Positions 27,701 to 32,418 of a stretch of 32,418 nucleotides of DNA are shown here, piece after piece. The stretch lies in IMG/VR virus record IMGVR_UViG_3300048574_000474, positions 1-32,418 of that record; one strand, given 5' to 3'. A model generated the notes under the pieces. That model had not been told where the DNA came from, made no database searches, and was given only the letters and a program-made list of their open reading frames with translations. Both the position numbers and the translations under genes were made by a program. Origin of the DNA: a virus. Its lineage: Duplodnaviria > Caudoviricetes. Positions within the stretch are counted from its first letter, which is position 1; every line of letters begins with the position of its first letter.

Positions 27701-28480
27701 GATGCCGAGATCTCGTCAGTAGATCTCAAGTATGAGAAGATGATCCGTGCCGCCAAAAAAAGTGGTCAGGATACGACGCAGCTTGAAGAACAAAAAGAAT
27801 CGGAACAGGCTAAGATCAGAGCTAAGTATGCCGATGCCAACTTTGTTGTTACAGTAGCCCAGATTATTGCACAAACGGCCAAGGCGGCAATGGACTCCTA
27901 TACATCGATGGCCGCCATTCCTGTTGTCGGTCCTGCACTGGGTGCTGCCGCTGCCGCCGCTGCTGTGGTCTATGGTGCCTCACAGATAAAATCTGCAAAA
28001 TCCGCTAGGGATGCAGCCAAGTCTGGTTATAGGGTGGGAGGGTACACCAAGAAGTCAAGCAGTGATGATGTTGAAGATGGCCCTGTTCATTCCAACGAAT
28101 TTGTGAACAATGCCGATGGCGTCCGTAATCCAAATGTTCGTCAGTTCCTGGACGTATTTGATATGGCTCAAAAGAACGGCACGATTCGCATGCTTAACAC
28201 CACGCAGATACTTGAGAAGGTAAGGCTCACCGGTGGATCACGAAGGGCCGGAGGTTTTGGATCTAGAGTTTCTGCCACTGCGAGTTCCAACACTACGACC
28301 GATGCCAGTGATACGATGACTGTTGTCATGGATATGATGGAAAAGCATGCCGCCATGTATTCGAAGCTTATGGATAGACTCGATGTGCCTTTACAAGCCG
28401 AATCGGTGATCTCCGGAAGCCATGGTAGCTATAAAAAAACCAAGGATTATGAGAAAATATTAGCCAATGCCTCACGGTGA
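24704..28480 (+). CDS. Tail tape measure protein
   Basis: 1258 aa, Ala-rich coiled coil. TP901-type core (FDEAYADVMKTT..GGRIGI), hydrophobic NPIGLIV region, IPVVGPALGAAAAAAA. Confidence 0.93.
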   Translation: MSLKIDRVELEIVIKNDSNRKQLRQLEDDMRNIRKEMRKLPKESEEWTKKKAELEQLHQKYDAIYEKIGLTGLSLKELKKRQQELNSIIGHLPGDSPLLDKYKKQATEVSARIRELNGNAKQTGLSLSSMANGFNKYFTMGTAAIATVTGLSFALRKVRDSAAEFDEAYADVMKTTQMSGDEVHTLNEELKKIDTRTSREELNKIAEEGGRIGIAKEDILGFTKAMDVANVALGDSFPSVDEIASKLGKLKQLFGETKEMEVEKAYLSIGSAINDLGANGNATEENIADFTTRMGSLPDAIKPSIADTLALGAAFEESGIESEVSSRAYNIFMKQAATNADKFGKVMGKSRQEVEDLINANPLEFFLQFSESMKGMNATETAKTLEALGVNADGANKAIGAAANNTARFRELINLSNKSFKDGTSVLNEFNIKNQTMNALKEKAIKSFKDETEALGKQLNPIFLQSTNLATLFIRILVKLPAIIKDNWQWIVALTFAVSAYAISVSKATIAAKADVAWKKIQELWTNRVAIAQKMLNFALKDNPIGLIVTLISLLVAGFITWYNHSVKVQAVTQGLFASIKALAKNLVGFWTGVWKVISGAATLDPKRMKEGVDAMKDAFMSFGDDVATAYQKAYEERMKKWKSDQKNPKPTTPQKPRSPITPVITPDDSTTGTPLQAPSTTNSAEKKKVDNTLTELDTKNLEAISKIKERFRDNEISSEVEYNRLLLEQQDAFDADRKKKLKELLKTISDPALKTDLLNQIAEIDKAVLDRQIEQNAKIKKIILEADPRRAEEQEYENRLRETGLFGIKKEQMTAEQLEAFKLLEEQHREKMRKLSSKDAALALDQLETDQAKAEALLADRRVKERMSDSQFKDEQLALELEFLRKRLLIQGLSAEQVETITKQIQEKQNEIMLKGVDSRESILQKYGLDTLKSQKESELSLIQYYEDKGIITHEEALKVKKKLSDEHFRALLEKTSEYFDAAGNVASQASGAINGLQDAEISSVDLKYEKMIRAAKKSGQDTTQLEEQKESEQAKIRAKYADANFVVTVAQIIAQTAKAAMDSYTSMAAIPVVGPALGAAAAAAAVVYGASQIKSAKSARDAAKSGYRVGGYTKKSSSDDVEDGPVHSNEFVNNADGVRNPNVRQFLDVFDMAQKNGTIRMLNTTQILEKVRLTGGSRRAGGFGSRVSATASSNTTTDASDTMTVVMDMMEKHAAMYSKLMDRLDVPLQAESVISGSHGSYKKTKDYEKILANASR

Positions 28481-28483
28481 GAT

Positions 28484-28517
28484 GTCCTTTCCAAAGGATC
28501 TCGTAAACATAAATTTG
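28484..28517 (+). promoter_or_regulatory. Late promoter motif, copy 4
   Basis: GTCCTTT-N19-TAAATTTG upstream of the lysis cassette. Confidence 0.6.
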
Positions 28518-28534
28518 TGTAAAACACCATAACG

Positions 28535-29098
28535 ATGAAAATCCTTTCTCGCTTTCTTCAAACTTATGAGTATGCTTCTTTTGAGGAGTTTATGCTTTCA
28601 CTGGCGCCAAGTTTTAAATACCGTCTTCAAAGCCTTACCCTGACGCTGAGTTTCCTTGCCGGAATCGTTGATCAACTTTTTGGAATAGGACCGGCACTAG
28701 CCGTAGCGATGGTGGTGGCCATTCTTGTTGAAACGTGGTCCGGAATTAAGGCAAGTAAAAAGCGTGGCCAGAAGTTCTCATCCTTTAGGTTCTCCCGGTG
28801 CATCATCAAAATATTTGTGTGGTTCACTTTGCTTTACATCACACATGCCTTTGAATCGGATTTTGCCGCGCGCAGTGGAATCGTTTCTTCAGCTGCTCAC
28901 TTGTTCTTCCAGTTTGTCTTTATCGTCATTCTGACGTATTTCATGATTGAATACGTTACGTCCATCCTAGAGAATATGGGAAGCATTACCGGAAAGGATA
29001 AGCGGGTGTTGATTGATGTCATTCAAAACGCCTGGAAACGATTTCTGTGCACATTTAAATACGGTAAGAAAGATGAAAACGAGACACCTACTGCTTGA
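28535..29098 (+). CDS. Holin (phage_holin_4_1-like)
   Basis: Three to four TM segments and an EYVTSILEN motif. Precedes the endolysin. Confidence 0.85.
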   Translation: MKILSRFLQTYEYASFEEFMLSLAPSFKYRLQSLTLTLSFLAGIVDQLFGIGPALAVAMVVAILVETWSGIKASKKRGQKFSSFRFSRCIIKIFVWFTLLYITHAFESDFAARSGIVSSAAHLFFQFVFIVILTYFMIEYVTSILENMGSITGKDKRVLIDVIQNAWKRFLCTFKYGKKDENETPTA

Positions 29099-29522
29099 TC
29101 GGATCGCAAAGAGACCGACCTACACTATCGGCAAATTATTCATCGATGGTGAATATTTCTGTGATACACTTGAAGATACCGTTCGAGAGATGCACGATCT
29201 TAATGGTGACGGTGACACGAAGGATCCAGGAGAAGGAAAGGTTTACGGCCAGACGGCAATTACTCCTGGTACTTATCGGATATTGATGTATGATTCCCCT
29301 CATTTTGGCCGACAGTTGCCATGGCTTCAAAATGTGCCATCACACGATTATGTGTTGATGCATGTCGGTTGTTGGCCGAAGGATACTCTTGGATGCATAC
29401 TAGTGGGAAAGAACAAAGTCGTAGGTGGTCTTTTGGAGTCCAGAAAGGCAGAGGATGCACTAGTGGCTCGCATCAAAGAATACATCAGCCAAGGGTACGA
29501 AGTGTACATAACCATCAAATAA
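29073..29522 (+). CDS. DUF5675-family putative endolysin
   Basis: YTIGKLFIDG..CDTLED, TAITPGTY and HVGCWPKDTLGCILVG. Confidence 0.85.
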   Translation: MKTRHLLLDRIAKRPTYTIGKLFIDGEYFCDTLEDTVREMHDLNGDGDTKDPGEGKVYGQTAITPGTYRILMYDSPHFGRQLPWLQNVPSHDYVLMHVGCWPKDTLGCILVGKNKVVGGLLESRKAEDALVARIKEYISQGYEVYITIK

Positions 29523-29529
29523 GCTTCCT

Positions 29530-30078
29530 ATGTTTAAAAACGTTGAATTACCTTTTGGTGTCGGAGCCAAGATCTTTCTTACCCTGCTTCTGCTTATATT
29601 TTGCTTTGCATGTAAGTCAGTAAAGACCAATACAAACACAGAACTACATACAGATAGTATTGTAAACACGGATATTTCCGCCAAGGTCGATGAAACACAG
29701 AACGAAGAGCAGATCTCGATTCTTCGCGATCAAAGCCAGCTTAGTGATGAATCATCGGAGACAATAACTGAAATCCTATGGTCGGTGCCCGACAGCAGCG
29801 GTGAGCAGTATATGGTTAAAAAAACCACTACGGTTCGGACACGTAACGCACGTAAAGCGGTTGATGTGACACATCAAGAAACCGGAAAGGCAAGACAAAA
29901 AAAGCGCAGCACGCTTTCTGAAAAGACTAAGATGGACACAGAGCATAAAGCAGTTGCAACCGTTTCAACAAAAACCAAAGTCACATCTCCGGGGTTTATC
30001 TCTTGGAGTATCGTTTTGATAACTGTTGCGGTCATAGTGTTTGTCTATCTATTTCTTAGAAGCAAGAAGTTCTTTTAA
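29530..30078 (+). CDS. Lipoprotein with C-terminal TM, unimolecular spanin-like
   Basis: Hydrophobic signal with lipobox CFA|C, Thr-rich periplasmic region, C-terminal TM helix and basic tail. Confidence 0.65.
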   Translation: MFKNVELPFGVGAKIFLTLLLLIFCFACKSVKTNTNTELHTDSIVNTDISAKVDETQNEEQISILRDQSQLSDESSETITEILWSVPDSSGEQYMVKKTTTVRTRNARKAVDVTHQETGKARQKKRSTLSEKTKMDTEHKAVATVSTKTKVTSPGFISWSIVLITVAVIVFVYLFLRSKKFF

Positions 30079-30353
30079 TGATGGACGTCTTTAAAGCGAT
30101 ATCCATGATGCGCGAGCTGAGCGAGCGTAACCTCTCATTCTCGTTTGCTTTCATGAGTTACAGCTACGAACGCCATAAGAGCACCGGTATTGTGGAAGTT
30201 CGAAACGCACGCCTTCGAAAACAAAGCACTGTTGAGGATAACGTTCACGCAGATATCATGCTCAATTATTATGATTTGGATGCAAATGAATACGGCCGTT
30301 GTTACCAGCTTCTTTTGTTGGAGCTTAACGGCGAGAAACTGGAACTTATATGA
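30078..30353 (+). CDS. Hypothetical phage protein preceding the portal
   Basis: 91 aa, coupled to genes on both sides. Confidence 0.75.
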   Translation: MMDVFKAISMMRELSERNLSFSFAFMSYSYERHKSTGIVEVRNARLRKQSTVEDNVHADIMLNYYDLDANEYGRCYQLLLLELNGEKLELI

Positions 30354-31702
30354 GTGAAGTGAAAAAAATTGGAGGCCTCTCGTTCGTGAATACTGGTGTT
30401 GGCACGTATGCCATTGCTATGAATCGTGCTTCGGACGATATGTCCATGAGCACATTCTTGAATCTGGTTGGATCATGGGAGAGTGACCCTGTGAGTTATG
30501 GGGGAGTTAAAGTGGTGCCCTTCGGGTCGGACAATAATTTGCCGGCCAATGTGCGCAATCTGTTGGAAAAAAACAATCTTGGCCCAGGTATTTTGGATCG
30601 CAAGACTGGGTTGCAATATGGTCAGGGCCCATACTTGTACAAAACAGTGTTTGAAAATAATGAAATCAACAAACAATGGGTTGAGGATCCGGAAATACAA
30701 GCTTGGTTGGATACGTGGGACTATAAGGAGTTTGTCCGAAATGCGTTACTTGAGTTCAATTTTATGCGTGGTATTTTCGTAAAATACTATTCGGGTAGAG
30801 GTCGCAGAATTGGTCGTAATTGGATTTCGAAGCTTGAGTGTGAACACTCCAATGACTGCCGGCTGGAATGGCCTGATGGTGGCCGTCGTCTTCAGGATGT
30901 GAAAAATATCATTGTTGGTGATTTTGAGAGCATGCGGCGCTCAACGATGGATAGGTACCCGGTCTTTGATCTTAGCAATCCATGTGCATCTTCGGTGAGT
31001 ATGAAATACCTTTCATACCGTACGTTTTCTCGTTACTTCTACGCCATCTCCTCTTTTTTCGGATCGATTCCATGGGTACGCCGTGCTAACGATATCCCGG
31101 ACATTATCCAATACCTCACGGATAACATGATTGCTGCTGCCTATCATGTGCACGAGCCGGCCCAATATTGGCAGGAAAAAAAAGATTTACTTGAGCAGAT
31201 GAATCCCGAATGGGACGAGATTAAGCTCCAAGCTGAACTTAACAAACTGCGTGATCAACTCACAGAGACCCTTGCTAAGGTGCTAGCCGGAAAACGCAAT
31301 GCCGGAAAATTCTTAGAAACAATCGATTTCACCGACATGGACGGTCATAAATGTGAATGGAAGGTTGAACCCATTGAGATGAACATCGATAAATACATTG
31401 ATGCTCAAACAAAGATTTCTAGAATTGCCGATAGTTCAACTACTTCCGGATTTGGGCTGAATCCTGCTCTTTCAAACATCATCATTGATGGCAAAGGAGA
31501 CTCTGGGTCTCAAATGCTCTACGCTCTAAAAATCTTCTACGCTGCCGATGCACAGATTTGCGAGGACATTGTGTTTGAACCCATTCATGAAGCTTTGAAG
31601 GTGAACTTCCCAGGGAAAAATATAGCAATGGGATTATACCGACAGGTGGTCAATAAAGAAGATAATGTTTCGGCCAAGGACCGTTCCACAAACAATATTT
31701 GA
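30350..31702 (+). CDS. Portal protein (putative)
   Basis: 450 aa. Motifs VPFGSDNNLP, GKRNAGK, GFGLNPAL and SGSQ resemble Bacteroidota phage portals. Confidence 0.75.
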   Translation: MSEVKKIGGLSFVNTGVGTYAIAMNRASDDMSMSTFLNLVGSWESDPVSYGGVKVVPFGSDNNLPANVRNLLEKNNLGPGILDRKTGLQYGQGPYLYKTVFENNEINKQWVEDPEIQAWLDTWDYKEFVRNALLEFNFMRGIFVKYYSGRGRRIGRNWISKLECEHSNDCRLEWPDGGRRLQDVKNIIVGDFESMRRSTMDRYPVFDLSNPCASSVSMKYLSYRTFSRYFYAISSFFGSIPWVRRANDIPDIIQYLTDNMIAAAYHVHEPAQYWQEKKDLLEQMNPEWDEIKLQAELNKLRDQLTETLAKVLAGKRNAGKFLETIDFTDMDGHKCEWKVEPIEMNIDKYIDAQTKISRIADSSTTSGFGLNPALSNIIIDGKGDSGSQMLYALKIFYAADAQICEDIVFEPIHEALKVNFPGKNIAMGLYRQVVNKEDNVSAKDRSTNNI

Positions 31703-31704
31703 GT

Positions 31705-32418
31705 ATGCTTTTCAATAAAAATGATAACGGAAATGAGGAACTAAAAAACCTCACTGGCACTTACTATGCATCCAACGATTTTGAGAAAATGAAGACTGAG
31801 ATCCTTTTGGCTACTGAGGAACTCTCCAAAATTGTTGGTGCGGCGGTGCTCCTTAAAGCCGAATCGGTATACGTGGCCGAAACACCGGATTTGGACCCGA
31901 CATACAATGAATTGGTGCATTATGTGCAGCTTCCAATTGCCCTGTTGTCCACATTATCAATGTACCAAAAGAATGATGTCAGCCATGAGGATTCAGGTCG
32001 AAAAGTTAAGATTGACTCCGACAACGAAAAACTTCCCTGGGAGTGGCAGTTAAAACGCGACGACGAACTGCATCTGAATTCCTATTACAAGGCCGTGGAC
32101 AGGCTCATTTCATTTTTGGATCTTAAGAACCCGGAAGAATGGAAAAACTCTGATCAGAAGAAAACTACCCGTTCGCTTTTTATCCGCAATGCAGCCATGT
32201 TTGACGCACAGTTCCCAATTGACGGCTCTGGACGTATGTATTTGCTGCTTTTGCCTTTTATCAAGGAAGTGGAGCGACGTTATATCAAGCCTGCTTTGGG
32301 GCAGGATCACGCATTGTTACTTTCCGGTGCAGACCTCACAGAGGGGAAAAAATCACTCTTGGACTATGTATATCCGCCCATTGCGTATCTATCCATGTCG
32401 CTTGCCATTCGACGGATG
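31705..32418 (+). CDS. DUF6712-like protein (putative head-tail adaptor), truncated by the window end
   Basis: Open frame from ATG 31705 (MLFNKNDNG..KLPWEWQ..) with no stop before 32418. Absent from the ORF track, presumably because it is incomplete. Confidence 0.75.
   Translation, partial: MLFNKNDNGNEELKNLTGTYYASNDFEKMKTEILLATEELSKIVGAAVLLKAESVYVAETPDLDPTYNELVHYVQLPIALLSTLSMYQKNDVSHEDSGRKVKIDSDNEKLPWEWQLKRDDELHLNSYYKAVDRLISFLDLKNPEEWKNSDQKKTTRSLFIRNAAMFDAQFPIDGSGRMYLLLLPFIKEVERRYIKPALGQDHALLLSGADLTEGKKSLLDYVYPPIAYLSMSLAIRRM

Larger units (their letters stand above)
1..32418. mobile_element. Temperate Caudoviricetes phage/prophage of a Bacteroidota host (internal fragment, both ends outside the window)
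   Basis: Immunity switch, primase, head protease, capsid, terminase, tape measure, holin-endolysin-spanin and portal are all present. Promoters match the Bacteroidota consensus. Confidence 0.93.

Noticed and set aside
1-32418. Integrase/att site, reverse transcriptase/DGR, tRNA, rRNA or alternative genetic code
   Set aside because: No such motifs were seen. Genes are intact and densely packed in the standard code.

Overview
The window is the internal part of a temperate tailed phage or prophage of a Bacteroidota host, inferred from TTTG-N19-20-TAnnTTTG promoters and Bacteroidales-type gene families. From left to right it holds leftward accessory genes and a CI-like repressor, then Cro-like and LuxR-type regulators, a fused primase/helicase, small early ORFs and an AT-rich, GTAC-rich putative origin. 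The late block follows: S49 protease, major capsid, tail-tube-like protein, Stealth-like phosphoglycosyl transferase, PLD-fold protein and terminase. Next comes a roughly 6.7 kb cargo block (JAB/RadC, RloA-RloB, AbiH, a secreted protein, a c4/CI-like antisense RNA module, and HicAB split by a 13 x 9-bp tandem repeat), then tail completion, tape measure, lysis genes, portal and a truncated head-tail adaptor. No integrase or att site is visible. Highlights: (1) the capsid and tail tube share a synonymously diverged C-terminal GSTGGG[L/I] tag next to the Stealth-like transferase, a candidate virion-modification system; (2) the c4/CI-like antisense switch; (3) a GTCCTTT-N19-20-TAnnTTTG late-promoter motif in four copies; (4) the tandem repeat inside hicAB. 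All family assignments come from reading motifs by eye; no searches were run.
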